Shown here: positions 15,151 to 24,631 of the stretch, in pieces
Layout: the number at the start of each line of letters is the position of its first letter
How positions within the stretch are numbered: the stretch's first letter is position 1
Source: Moraxella nasicaprae
Lineage (GTDB): Bacteria > Pseudomonadota > Gammaproteobacteria > Pseudomonadales > Moraxellaceae
Length of the DNA: 32,000 nt
Reading direction: 5' to 3'
Assembly: GCF_025643275.1 (NCBI RefSeq)
Contig: NZ_CP089977.1
Coordinates: 510,001 to 542,000, forward strand
Position numbers and translations under genes: made by a program
Notes under the pieces: generated by a model
The model's database searches: none
What the model saw: only the letters and a program-made list of their open reading frames with translations
What the model was told of the DNA's origin: nothing

Positions 15151-15182
15151 ACCGCCCCGACCATGGTTTGGGCGGTTTTTAT
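15151..15182 (+). terminator. Rho-independent terminator of the tRNA-Ser operon
   Basis: accgccc (15151-15157) pairs with gggcggt (15170-15176), followed by tttttatt. Confidence 0.7.
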
Positions 15183-15198
15183 TCGACCAAAATCCCCT

Positions 15199-15849
15199 AT
15201 GTATAGTATTCTTCTTCCTCAGCTGATTCAAGGCTTCATGGTTTCTGGTGGTTTAATCATTGCCATTGGTGCTCAAAATGCCTATGTCTTAAAGCAAGGT
15301 TTGCTAAAAAACCACATCTTTTGGGTGTCGCTGACTTGTTTTGTGTGCGATGCTTTGTTGCTAAGTTTGGGCGTGCTGGGTTTTGGCTCATTGATTAGCC
15401 AAAATATCATCGCTACTTTGCTTCTGGCAGGATTGGGTGGTTTGTTTTTGCTTGTATATGGCTATCGTGCGATGCGTGCCGCCTTGCGTGGTGGCGAATC
15501 ACTCAGTCTTGATGATCAGCACCATCAGCAAGGACTGCTTGCCACCATTGGGACAACTTTGGCATTAACCTTGCTAAACCCTCATGTCTATATCGACACC
15601 ATCATGATTGTTGGCGGTGTGGCAGGCACGCTTAGTTTTGAACAAAAGCTGGCGTTTTTGCTTGGTGCTTGGCTAAGCTCAGGCATTTGGTTTTTTGGCT
15701 TAGGCTATGGGGCAAGACTACTGATTCCACTATTTAAAAAACCCAGCACTTGGCGACTGCTTGACGGCATCATTGCCATCATCATGTGGCTCATTGCTGG
15801 CAGTCTGTTTCTGTATGCTTATCGGCTTTATGCTGGCACAATCGCATGA
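15199..15849 (+). CDS. argO: LysE/ArgO-family basic amino acid exporter
   Basis: The ATG at 15199 lies downstream of the tRNA terminator, whereas the track start at 15163 lies inside it. The product has FMVSGGLIIAIGAQNAYVLKQGL and six hydrophobic segments. Confidence 0.75.
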   Translation: MYSILLPQLIQGFMVSGGLIIAIGAQNAYVLKQGLLKNHIFWVSLTCFVCDALLLSLGVLGFGSLISQNIIATLLLAGLGGLFLLVYGYRAMRAALRGGESLSLDDQHHQQGLLATIGTTLALTLLNPHVYIDTIMIVGGVAGTLSFEQKLAFLLGAWLSSGIWFFGLGYGARLLIPLFKKPSTWRLLDGIIAIIMWLIAGSLFLYAYRLYAGTIA

Positions 15850-15883
15850 TTTGTGTTAAAGTGTTTTTATTTGACCATTAGCC

Positions 15884-16945
15884 ATGACTTTGATTCGCCG
15901 CCGAAAACTGACCAAACGCCAAACCAGACAGATAGAGCAAAATCAAGAACAAATCCAAGATGACGACACACTTGCCACAGGCGTGATTGTATCGCATTTT
16001 GGCAAACAGCTCGATGTGCAAATCACTACCCTGCCCAGCGTGCTACCCAATGATGACGAGCTGGTCGTGGGGGCGATTTGGCGATGTCATGCTCGCACCA
16101 ATCTGCCCATGCTGACCACAGGCGATACGGTCAAATTTAGCTTAGATTTGACCGCACGACTTGGGCGTATTGAATTTTTGGGCGAAAGGCACACGCTCAT
16201 CACCAGACCAGACCGCTACAACAAAGTCAAGCCTGTTGCTGCCAATGTTGATATGCTGGTCATCGTCTTTGCTCCCTTGCCCAAGCCAGCAGTTAATCTG
16301 ATTGACCGCTATTTACTCATCGCACGACTCAATGGCGTACAGCCTTTATTGGTGCTTAATAAGTCTGATTTATTAGACCAGCACCCAGATGTCAACCAAA
16401 TTATCCAAGAATATCAAGAACTTGGCAACTCCTACGGCTTTGATGTCATCATCACATCTAGCACCAATCAAGATAATTTATCCACTTTGGCAACTCATAT
16501 TGATGGCAAACTATCCATCTTTGCAGGGCAATCTGGTGTGGGTAAATCAAGCCTCATCAACACCATCTTACCCACCGCCAATCAATCCACCAATGTCATC
16601 TCGGCAGGTTCGCAGCTGGGTCAGCACACCACGACCACCAGTCGCCTATTGCCTTACGACCCCAGCGATTTGGGCAAGGGCGGCATCATTGACACACCTG
16701 GCATTCGTGAATATGGCATCTGGCACCTATCAGCAGACGACATTCTGGCAGGATTTGATGAATTATCAGCACTGATTGGCGAGTGTCAATTTCGAGATTG
16801 CAATCACGCTCAAAACGCCAAAGGCTGTGCCATGTGGGCTGCCGCCAATGCAGGCAAAGTGCTACCCAGACGGATTGAGAGCTTAACCAGCCTGATTGAG
16901 GAGGCCAAAAATGGCACATCTGCCGCCAAACCCTCTGCAAAATAG
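15884..16945 (+). CDS. rsgA: Ribosome small-subunit-dependent GTPase A
   Basis: It has circularly permuted GTPase motifs (LVLNKSDL, then GQSGVGKSSLIN, then DTPG) and the C-terminal zinc knuckle CQFRDCNHAQNAKGC. Confidence 0.9.
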   Translation: MTLIRRRKLTKRQTRQIEQNQEQIQDDDTLATGVIVSHFGKQLDVQITTLPSVLPNDDELVVGAIWRCHARTNLPMLTTGDTVKFSLDLTARLGRIEFLGERHTLITRPDRYNKVKPVAANVDMLVIVFAPLPKPAVNLIDRYLLIARLNGVQPLLVLNKSDLLDQHPDVNQIIQEYQELGNSYGFDVIITSSTNQDNLSTLATHIDGKLSIFAGQSGVGKSSLINTILPTANQSTNVISAGSQLGQHTTTTSRLLPYDPSDLGKGGIIDTPGIREYGIWHLSADDILAGFDELSALIGECQFRDCNHAQNAKGCAMWAAANAGKVLPRRIESLTSLIEEAKNGTSAAKPSAK

Positions 16946-17058
16946 TCATGGCAGTAAAATGAGTGCAATTTACCACATTTAGCAGTATAATAACTGCCTT
17001 AACCAACCGTTTTTTTATATTTTCTTGGCTTTATCCAAGAAGCAATGGAGTAATAACA

Positions 17059-17469
17059 TTGGAACGCTGGATTGAATTTATTGGCAATCACCCTTTTTTA
17101 TTTGGCTTATTGGCGGTTTTGCTGATTGCATTTTTTGCCATCGAGACCAAACGCAGTGGCAAGAAAGTGCCACCCAGCGAAGTTGGGCTGTTGGTCAATA
17201 ATCATAACGCTCGCATCATCGATATTCGCCCTGCCGCCAAATTTGCCACAGGTCACATCACAGGCAGTCAAAATATCCCCTTTACTGAGCTAAAAAATCA
17301 CCTGACAACCCTACAAGCCATCGAAGTACCAGTCATCATTGTCTGTGATATGGGCATTCAGGCAGGAGCGGCGGTACAACTAATCAATCGCCCCAATGTC
17401 ATGCGACTAGAAGGCGGTATCGCCAATTATCAAGCAGCAGGTCTGCCTTTGGTGGGTGCAAAAAAATAA
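17059..17469 (+). CDS. Membrane-anchored rhodanese-domain protein (YibN-like)
   Basis: Alignment by eye to E. coli YibN starts at LERWIEFIGNHPFLF, a TTG at 17059 with GGAG 8 nt upstream. The track ATG at 16963 would add 32 residues with no counterpart. Synteny with grxC-secB supports the call. Confidence 0.7.
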   Translation: MERWIEFIGNHPFLFGLLAVLLIAFFAIETKRSGKKVPPSEVGLLVNNHNARIIDIRPAAKFATGHITGSQNIPFTELKNHLTTLQAIEVPVIIVCDMGIQAGAAVQLINRPNVMRLEGGIANYQAAGLPLVGAKK

Positions 17470-17543
17470 GTTGCCCCACTTGAAAAAATCAACGGCAAAC
17501 ACCATATCCATATCACTATCGCCCCAAACACACAGGAATAGTC

Positions 17544-17801
17544 ATGAAAGAAGTAACCATCTACACCAAAGCGACCTGCCCATATTGCATCAATGCCAAA
17601 TTGCTACTACAAAACAAAGGCGTGATGTTTAATGAAATCGGCATTTTGAACATTTCAGACGAAGAAAGAGCTCAACTATCTGCTAAAACCAACGGTTATC
17701 GCACCGTGCCACAGATTTTTATTGGCGATACTTTCATCGGTGGTTTTGACCAACTTAACAAACTTAACCAAGAAGGCAAATTGGACGCAATGCTTGCCTG
17801 A
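17544..17801 (+). CDS. grxC: Glutaredoxin 3
   Basis: The 85-aa product has the CPYC active site, TVPQIFI and GGFDQL. Confidence 0.9.
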   Translation: MKEVTIYTKATCPYCINAKLLLQNKGVMFNEIGILNISDEERAQLSAKTNGYRTVPQIFIGDTFIGGFDQLNKLNQEGKLDAMLA

Positions 17802-17838
17802 TTTTCCCATTTTTATTCATTTTTACAAGGATTGACCC

Positions 17839-18285
17839 ATGTCAGAAGAACTACAACCTCAGCTTGGTCTTGAACGCATCTATACCAAAGACATCTCTTT
17901 TGAGGTGCCAAGCGTTGATGTATTTACCAAACAATGGCAACCAGAAACAGACATCAACATCTCTGCCAGCGTTGCCGACCTTGGCGAAGACTATAAAGAA
18001 GTAACATTAAGTGTTAGCGTTACTGCCAAGCTAGAAGACAGCGTGGCATTTGTTGCAGAAGTGCAGCAAGCAGGTATTTTCCTACTAAAAAATATCCCAG
18101 AAGCGGATATGGACCACTTGCTACAAGCCTACTGCCCGAACATTTTGTTCCCTTATGCTCGTGAAGTCATCAGCGACATCGTTTCTCGTGGTAGCTTCCC
18201 GCAGTTATTGCTTGCTCCTGTCAATTTTGAACAGGCTTATATCCAAAGCCAACTAGAAGCACAAGCAAATCAGGCAGACGCTTAA
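17839..18285 (+). CDS. secB: Protein-export chaperone SecB
   Basis: The 148-aa product has [12 protein letters not shown] and [32 protein letters not shown]. Confidence 0.92.
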   Translation: MSEELQPQLGLERIYTKDISFEVPSVDVFTKQWQPETDINISASVADLGEDYKEVTLSVSVTAKLEDSVAFVAEVQQAGIFLLKNIPEADMDHLLQAYCPNILFPYAREVISDIVSRGSFPQLLLAPVNFEQAYIQSQLEAQANQADA

Positions 18286-18306
18286 TTTTTTTATAAGTCA
18301 TCAAAG

Positions 18307-18331
18307 CAGCTCGATTAGTCGGGCTGTTTTT
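18307..18331 (+). terminator. Weak rho-independent terminator after secB
   Basis: cagctc pairs with gggctg in a 6-bp stem with one G-U pair, followed by ttttt. Confidence 0.35.
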
Positions 18332-18368
18332 ATCAACGGCAGACAAGCAACATCATCACGGAACCCCT

Positions 18369-18833
18369 ATGAACTATGTGCAACTAAAAATCCTAAACCC
18401 AAAAATCGGCACAAACCCTGACTTCCCCCTGCCAACTCGTGCTACCGAAGGCAGTGCTGGCATTGACTTGCGTGCGTGCATTGATGAGCCTGTTACCATC
18501 AAAGCTGGCGAAACCAAGCTCATCGGCACAGGACTTGCCATCTACATCAAAGACCCTAATTTTGTTGGGCTGATTTTCCCTCGCTCAGGGCTTGGACATA
18601 AGCACGGCATCGTGCTTGGCAATTTGACAGGTGTCATTGATGCAGACTATCAAGGCGAATTGATGGTCAGCCTATGGAATCGTGGGCAAGAAGATTTTGT
18701 GCTAAATCCTGCTGAACGCATGGCTCAATATGTGGTTGTGCCTGTGGCGCGTCCAGATTTTGAGATTGTCACAGAATTTGATGACGCAAGCCAGCGAGGT
18801 GCTGGTGGATTTGGCTCATCAGGTCGCCAATAA
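18369..18833 (+). CDS. dut: dUTP diphosphatase
   Basis: The 154-aa product has [25 protein letters not shown] and the C-terminal [10 protein letters not shown] motif. Confidence 0.92.
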   Translation: MNYVQLKILNPKIGTNPDFPLPTRATEGSAGIDLRACIDEPVTIKAGETKLIGTGLAIYIKDPNFVGLIFPRSGLGHKHGIVLGNLTGVIDADYQGELMVSLWNRGQEDFVLNPAERMAQYVVVPVARPDFEIVTEFDDASQRGAGGFGSSGRQ

Positions 18834-18850
18834 CACCGCCAAACCAATCA

Positions 18851-18878
18851 TCAAAAATCCCCCATTATCAGGGGGATT
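18851..18878 (-). terminator. Terminator between convergent dut and the lipoprotein gene (U-run on the minus strand)
   Basis: aatccccc (18856-18863) pairs with gggggatt (18871-18878). The minus-strand transcript continues into ttttt (18851-18857). Confidence 0.65.
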
Positions 18879-18883
18879 ATCAA

Positions 18884-19882
18884 TCAATGTTTGACCGTCT
18901 TGACTTCCTGATATTCTGTGTCAGCACCATCAAATTGATAAGTGGCACTATAATCAATTTCGGTCAAGTACGGCTGTTCATCTAAATACTCAACCTCTGT
19001 TCCTTGTACACGCACGATAATCGGATAATAATCCAGCTTGGGATTGCTATCATCAATCCGCTCAATCACAGCCACGCTCTCAAAAGCAAATTCTTGGTCG
19101 CTGTCTGACGCATAGATAGTGCCACTAAGACCAATCTCTGCCGCAACACCTAAGTCCTCAATCTTATCATCGCTGACCGCAATCACTCGAAAATAATCCG
19201 AGCTAACACCTGTGGCTGTATAGCCCCATTTATAAATCATACCCATACGGTTTTTGCCAATGGGCTGCCAATCCTGTCTATCAGCGTGATGAAACAAAGC
19301 AGCACGCCCATAAGAACCTGCCGCCTCTTGATAACTTTGTCTGGCAAGCAGACCAAAACCGCCATCAGTCAATGATTTAAATAGCACAAAATCCACGCCT
19401 GCGGCACTAGGATGATACGCTTTTTGTAGCTGCCACTCGCCTGTTTCCTCTGATTGCTCAATGGGCAATCGCTCAATCATCGCCAAATAGCGTTCTTCGC
19501 CTTGTGCGTTGGTCAATGGAGAAATCTCACGAAACACCGCCAAATAGCGATTTTGACCATCGTCCACACCCATCGTGATGGCATCAGCAAGCTCATATTC
19601 ATCAATCTCATCAGCATTTGGATAATATTCAAAATACTGATTTTGATAAATCACATCAAAAATATCTTCTGCTGCCAAACTATCCACCACCGACAATATC
19701 TTGGCTGGTGGACGCTGAACGACTGGCTGGGTGATTTGCCCTGATGTCTGCTGCTCGATGAATTTATCAGGTAAACTGGTTGCTTTTTGCGTCGTGGTTG
19801 TATTGGCTTGACTTTCTTGTGATTGACCGCACGCTGTCAAAAGACAGCCCATAAAAAGCATTAAATACCATTTTTTCATCAA
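18884..19882 (-). CDS. Hypothetical lipoprotein (no recognised domain)
   Basis: The signal peptide has the lipobox LLTAC-G (MMKKWYLMLFMGCLLTACGQ). The mature part is about 310 aa and acidic. The gene lies 25 nt downstream of the ArsC-family gene on the same strand. Confidence 0.7.
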   Translation of the reverse strand: MMKKWYLMLFMGCLLTACGQSQESQANTTTTQKATSLPDKFIEQQTSGQITQPVVQRPPAKILSVVDSLAAEDIFDVIYQNQYFEYYPNADEIDEYELADAITMGVDDGQNRYLAVFREISPLTNAQGEERYLAMIERLPIEQSEETGEWQLQKAYHPSAAGVDFVLFKSLTDGGFGLLARQSYQEAAGSYGRAALFHHADRQDWQPIGKNRMGMIYKWGYTATGVSSDYFRVIAVSDDKIEDLGVAAEIGLSGTIYASDSDQEFAFESVAVIERIDDSNPKLDYYPIIVRVQGTEVEYLDEQPYLTEIDYSATYQFDGADTEYQEVKTVKH

Positions 19883-19907
19883 TTATCCTTCATCATCGGT
19901 AACAAAA

Positions 19908-20279
19908 TCATTTGCTGGCAAATACTTCTTGGTACAGGTTTTCATCAAAGCCAATCAAAGCAATCGCTTCATTATGATGCTCGCCTGTGATGATTGGGCG
20001 TTTTAGCACGCTTTGGTTGGATTTGACAATTTGATAAACCGCAGACAAGTCATCACTTGCCAGCATTGCTTTTGTCTCATCGTCAAATTTACGATAAGTT
20101 GTGCCTTGTTTATTGATGACTTTATCGCCAAACAGCCCTACAAATCGCTCAAAATCAGCCTGACTTAGCACCGATTTTTTATAATCAAAAAATTCATAAG
20201 CAATGCCACGCTCACCCAAAAAATCAAAGGCTTTTTTCATGGTGTTGCAATTTTTGATGCCATAGACGGTGATGGTCAT
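19908..20279 (-). CDS. ArsC/Spx-family reductase-like protein (YffB type)
   Basis: The 123-aa product has ITVYGIKNCNTMKKAFDFL and a single N-terminal Cys in a YffB-like context. Confidence 0.75.
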   Translation of the reverse strand: MTITVYGIKNCNTMKKAFDFLGERGIAYEFFDYKKSVLSQADFERFVGLFGDKVINKQGTTYRKFDDETKAMLASDDLSAVYQIVKSNQSVLKRPIITGEHHNEAIALIGFDENLYQEVFASK

Positions 20280-20391
20280 TTTTTTATCCTTTTTACGGTT
20301 AATGGAATGAAAATTATAACAAAATCCGTGAATTTTAGGTATAATAATGAGTTTATATTCTTTTGATTTTTATAATTTGGAACTTTGACCG

Positions 20392-23016
20392 ATGACAAGC
20401 ATTAGCCTAGATAATTACGATTTTGCCAGCATTGAACGCAAGCTACAAGCCCAATGGGAGGCTGACAAGCGTTATCACACCAATAACGAACCAACCGACA
20501 AACCCACTCGCTATATGCTGTCGATGTTCCCCTATCCTAGTGGCAAACTGCACATGGGTCATGTTCGCAACTATGCCATCACTGATGTGCTAAGCCGTTA
20601 TTATCGCCTAAAAGGCTATGAAGTCATGCAACCGATGGGCTGGGACGCTTTTGGTCTGCCTGCTGAAAATGCCGCCATCGCCAATCAGGTCGCTCCTGCC
20701 AAATGGACTTATCAAAACATCGAACACATGAAAGGACAACTAAAATCTTTGGGTCTGTCTGTCGATTGGTCTCGTGAATTTGCAACTTGCTCGCCTGAAT
20801 ATTATCGCTGGGAACAATGGCTGTTTTTACAGCTGTACAAAAAAGGCTTGGTGTACAAAAAACTTGCCACCGTCAATTGGGACCCTGTGGATAACACCGT
20901 TCTTGCCAATGAACAGGTTGTCGATGGTCGTGGCTGGCGTTCGGGAGCTCTTGTCGAAAAACGAGACATTCCGATGTATTATTTTAAAATCACCGAATAT
21001 GCTGACGAATTGCTTGAAGAACTCAAAAACCTTGAAGGTCATTGGCCAAAACAAGTGCTATCCATGCAGCACAACTGGATTGGTAAAAGTCATGGCATGG
21101 AGCTGGATTTTAGCTATCAGATTGGCGAGAATACCGATGTCCTTAGAGTGTTTACGACTCGCCCTGATACGGTAATGGGGGTCAGCTATTTGGCAGTCGC
21201 CGCAGAGCATCCATTGGCTCAATATGCTGCTAAGCACAATCCTGACATTGCCCAATTTTGTGCCGAATGCAAACAAGGCTCAGTAGCAGAAGCTGACCTT
21301 GCCAAAGCTGAAAAAGTTGGTATGGACACAGGGCTGTTTGCCAAGCACCCCATTACAGGTGCTGATGTACCTGTTTGGGTTGCCAACTATGTACTGATGA
21401 GCTATGGCTCAGGTGCGGTCATGGGTGTGCCAGCTCACGATGAGCGAGATTTTGAATTTGCCAATAAATACGGTCTTGCCATCACACAAGTGATTGACTT
21501 TAAAGACAAAACAGGTCAATACGATGATAAAGTATGGCAAGATTGGTATGGCGATAAAGAATCAGGTTTTTGTATCAATTCTGGCGTGCTAGATGCTCTA
21601 TCCTCAAAAGATGCCACCAAAAAAGTAGGCGAATTGGTCGCTCAATCAGGTTTGGGTCAAGCCACCACACAGTATCGCCTGCGTGATTGGGGCGTGTCTC
21701 GCCAACGCTATTGGGGTTGCCCAATCCCAATGATTAACTGCGAATACTGTGGCACTGTGCCTGTTGATGAGGCTGATTTGCCTGTGGTATTGCCGACCAA
21801 TGTCATTCCAGATGGTCGTGGCAATCCTTTGAAAAATATGCCAGAATTCGTCAATACCCTTTGTCCAAAATGCGGTCAGCCAGCCGAGCGAGAGACGGAT
21901 ACATTTGACACCTTTGTAGAGTCCAGTTGGTATGCCCAGCGTTTTACCAGTCCAACAGACGACACACAGATGATTACTCGTGCCGCTGCCGATAAATGGC
22001 TGGCAGTCGATCAGTATGTGGGCGGTGTTGAACATGCTGTGCTACATTTGCTTTATGCTCGTTTCTTCCACAAAGTGATGCGTGATGAAGGCTTGGTTGG
22101 TGGCAATGAACCTTTTGCCAATCTACTGGCTCAGGGTATGGTGCTGGCTGGTACTTTCTATCGTGAAAATGGCGATGGTAGCAAGACCTACTATTTCCCA
22201 CACGAGGTCGATGTACAAGGTCAAACCGCCACTCTAAAAGCAGACGGTCAGCCTGTCGTCATTGGCAAAATCGAAAAAATGAGTAAGTCAAAAAATAACG
22301 GTGTCGATCCACAAGAAATCATCGAGCAATACGGTGCAGATACGGTGCGACTATACACGCTGTTTACCGCCCCTGCCGACCAAACGCTTGAATGGTCGGA
22401 TTCTGCCCTAAAAGGTCCACATAATTTCATTAAAAAAGTCTGGCGTACTGTCAGCGAACATCTAAGTGCCATCGATGGTCTTGATGACACCAAACTCATC
22501 ATCAACAAAGACAATCTAAGCAAAGTCGCCAAAGACTTACGCCGTAAAACACATGAAACCATCGCCAAGATTGATGCATCTTTGGGTGAGCACTTGGCAC
22601 TTAACACACCAGTTTCTGCCTTGATGGAATTGTGCAACGAGATTGCCAGCTTTGACATCAATGACGAACAAGACTTGGCAGTTCGTCATGAGGCCATCAT
22701 TGCACTACTTACCCTGCTATCGCCTTATGCACCACATGTGGGCGAGCATTTGTTGGCAGCCATGGGCATCGATGTGGTTAATGCCACTTTCCCAACGCTT
22801 GATGAAACCGCTTTGGTGAATGACACCATCACCATGGTGGTACAAATCAATGGCAAAGTGCGTGGCAAAATGGAAATCGCCGCAGGTTCAGACAACGCAA
22901 CCATCATCGCTACCGCCAAAGAACTTGAAGGCATTGATAAATTCTTGACAGGCGAAATCAAAAAAGAAATCGTTGTACCAAACAAACTGGTCAGCTTTGT
23001 GGTGGCAGGTGCATGA
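20392..23016 (+). CDS. leuS: Leucine--tRNA ligase
   Basis: The 874-aa product has the HIGH motif (PYPSGKLHMGH), KMSKS (KMSKSKNN) and the CP1 editing domain. Confidence 0.95.
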   Translation: MTSISLDNYDFASIERKLQAQWEADKRYHTNNEPTDKPTRYMLSMFPYPSGKLHMGHVRNYAITDVLSRYYRLKGYEVMQPMGWDAFGLPAENAAIANQVAPAKWTYQNIEHMKGQLKSLGLSVDWSREFATCSPEYYRWEQWLFLQLYKKGLVYKKLATVNWDPVDNTVLANEQVVDGRGWRSGALVEKRDIPMYYFKITEYADELLEELKNLEGHWPKQVLSMQHNWIGKSHGMELDFSYQIGENTDVLRVFTTRPDTVMGVSYLAVAAEHPLAQYAAKHNPDIAQFCAECKQGSVAEADLAKAEKVGMDTGLFAKHPITGADVPVWVANYVLMSYGSGAVMGVPAHDERDFEFANKYGLAITQVIDFKDKTGQYDDKVWQDWYGDKESGFCINSGVLDALSSKDATKKVGELVAQSGLGQATTQYRLRDWGVSRQRYWGCPIPMINCEYCGTVPVDEADLPVVLPTNVIPDGRGNPLKNMPEFVNTLCPKCGQPAERETDTFDTFVESSWYAQRFTSPTDDTQMITRAAADKWLAVDQYVGGVEHAVLHLLYARFFHKVMRDEGLVGGNEPFANLLAQGMVLAGTFYRENGDGSKTYYFPHEVDVQGQTATLKADGQPVVIGKIEKMSKSKNNGVDPQEIIEQYGADTVRLYTLFTAPADQTLEWSDSALKGPHNFIKKVWRTVSEHLSAIDGLDDTKLIINKDNLSKVAKDLRRKTHETIAKIDASLGEHLALNTPVSALMELCNEIASFDINDEQDLAVRHEAIIALLTLLSPYAPHVGEHLLAAMGIDVVNATFPTLDETALVNDTITMVVQINGKVRGKMEIAAGSDNATIIATAKELEGIDKFLTGEIKKEIVVPNKLVSFVVAGA

Positions 23017-23528
23017 TGCGATTGGCAACCTTGATTTTGGCTGGTATGCTGGCAGGTAGTGCATTAACCCTATCTGCCTGCGGTTATCAACTTCGTGGCA
23101 CACAGGTACATAGCAGCAAACTTCCTGTGGCACACGCCCAAGCACAAATCATCAGCGAAGACAACCCGCTTGGGCATGCAGTTCGCCAAAAACTCATCGA
23201 CCGCCTAACTTTGATGGGGGTTGATGGTGATGATGGTAATGCAAGCAACAAAATTCAAATTAAGAATTTGCGTTATCGTCGTTATGAGCTGGTGGGGGTC
23301 TTGACCGAAGTTCGCTTACTGCTGATGGCTGATGTTCATTATCAAATCATGCAAAATGGACAAATGGTCGAAATTATCAAACCTGTTCAAGTTGAAAAAA
23401 GCTATCAGTTCAACGAGGCAGATGTTGCCACCAGCGACCAGCAAGGCGAGCAAAATCAACGCTGGCTACAAGACAGCCTGACCGAACGCATCGCCGAGCA
23501 GTATTACAGTTTGGGCATCACCCAATAA
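23013..23528 (+). CDS. lptE: LPS-assembly lipoprotein LptE
   Basis: It overlaps the leuS stop (ATGA). The lipobox LSAC is followed by GYQLRG, the typical LptE N-terminus. The leuS-lptE-holA order is conserved. Confidence 0.85.
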   Translation: MMRLATLILAGMLAGSALTLSACGYQLRGTQVHSSKLPVAHAQAQIISEDNPLGHAVRQKLIDRLTLMGVDGDDGNASNKIQIKNLRYRRYELVGVLTEVRLLLMADVHYQIMQNGQMVEIIKPVQVEKSYQFNEADVATSDQQGEQNQRWLQDSLTERIAEQYYSLGITQ

Positions 23529-24538
23529 TGCAAAAACGATTTTTGGCGGTGATGAATGAATTACAATCGACATCACGCCCAAACGGTCTATGGCTGGCAC
23601 ACAGTGATGAGCCACTGGTATTACAATGGCTCATCGATGCCTGTCGCCCCATTTGGCAGCAGCAGCAACAAATCATCAAACGCATTGAGCTTAGTAGCAG
23701 TAAAGACTGGCTTGATGCGATTGGTCAGCTCAATGCCCTATCATTATTTGACGAGCATCACTCCATCATTGTCTCTGGTAAGCACAAACCAGACGATAAA
23801 ACCCTAGCCCACTTGGCACAATTTGCCCAATCTGCCAACGATGGACAAAATTCCAGTCATCTACTTTGGCTACTTCCCAAGCAAGATAAAAAATCTCAAC
23901 ACACCAAAGCCTTTACCTTATTCGCCAATGCAGGTCTCATCATCGATGCCAATGTCTATACAGAGTCCGACCGCCAAGCATTACTGGCTTGGCAGGCAGA
24001 TAAATTAGGTTTAACACTAGATACTGATGCTTGGCAATTACTATTATCTCACACCCAAAACGACCTTTTGACCGCTCATCAAAACCTGTGGCGACTGTCT
24101 TTATCGGGCGACTTGCTCATCACAGCCCAAAAGCTGGCTGATGGCATGACTGATGGCGGTTTATTTACCGTGTTTGATTTATCTGACGCTCTACTGCAAC
24201 AGCACCTACCACAAGCCCTAAAAATCCTGCAACACCTGCGTGATACCGATGTCGCCCTAAGCATGGTGTTGTGGGTCATCGCCAAAGATATTAAGATTTT
24301 GGCTCAGCTTCAACAAGGGGCAAATCCAACCACTTTGGGCATTTGGCGAGACAAAATAGCCAGCTATCAACGACTTGCCAGACAATATCCGCCCGCCACG
24401 CTCAATCTTTGGCTGGCGTATGTATATCACATCGATAAAAGTATTAAGGGCTTAGGGATTGATGATGGCTGGCGAACACTTCATGATTTGCTATGGCTGA
24501 TTTGCACAGGTCGAACACCTCTTGCCATCACTCATTGA
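23528..24538 (+). CDS. holA: DNA polymerase III subunit delta
   Basis: The 336-aa product sits in the conserved position after lptE, and its start overlaps the lptE stop by one nucleotide (TAATG). The sequence is weakly conserved, so the call rests largely on synteny and length. Confidence 0.75.
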   Translation: MQKRFLAVMNELQSTSRPNGLWLAHSDEPLVLQWLIDACRPIWQQQQQIIKRIELSSSKDWLDAIGQLNALSLFDEHHSIIVSGKHKPDDKTLAHLAQFAQSANDGQNSSHLLWLLPKQDKKSQHTKAFTLFANAGLIIDANVYTESDRQALLAWQADKLGLTLDTDAWQLLLSHTQNDLLTAHQNLWRLSLSGDLLITAQKLADGMTDGGLFTVFDLSDALLQQHLPQALKILQHLRDTDVALSMVLWVIAKDIKILAQLQQGANPTTLGIWRDKIASYQRLARQYPPATLNLWLAYVYHIDKSIKGLGIDDGWRTLHDLLWLICTGRTPLAITH

Positions 24539-24631
24539 TTACAAAACTACAACAAAAAATCTCTCATCTTTTATCATTCCTCATACAAAAATTGCTATGA
24601 TTATTAGTTCAATTTTTTTATCATTAGTAGG

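Noticed and set aside
20347-20388. 13-codon upstream ORF (MSLYSFDFYNLEL) with three Leu codons just before leuS, which looked like a possible leucine leader peptide
   Set aside because: - Its ATG lies only 1 nt after one TATAAT (20340-20345) and upstream of a second (20371-20376), so it is probably not in the transcript.
- It has no SD.
- I can find no alternative terminator/antiterminator structures.
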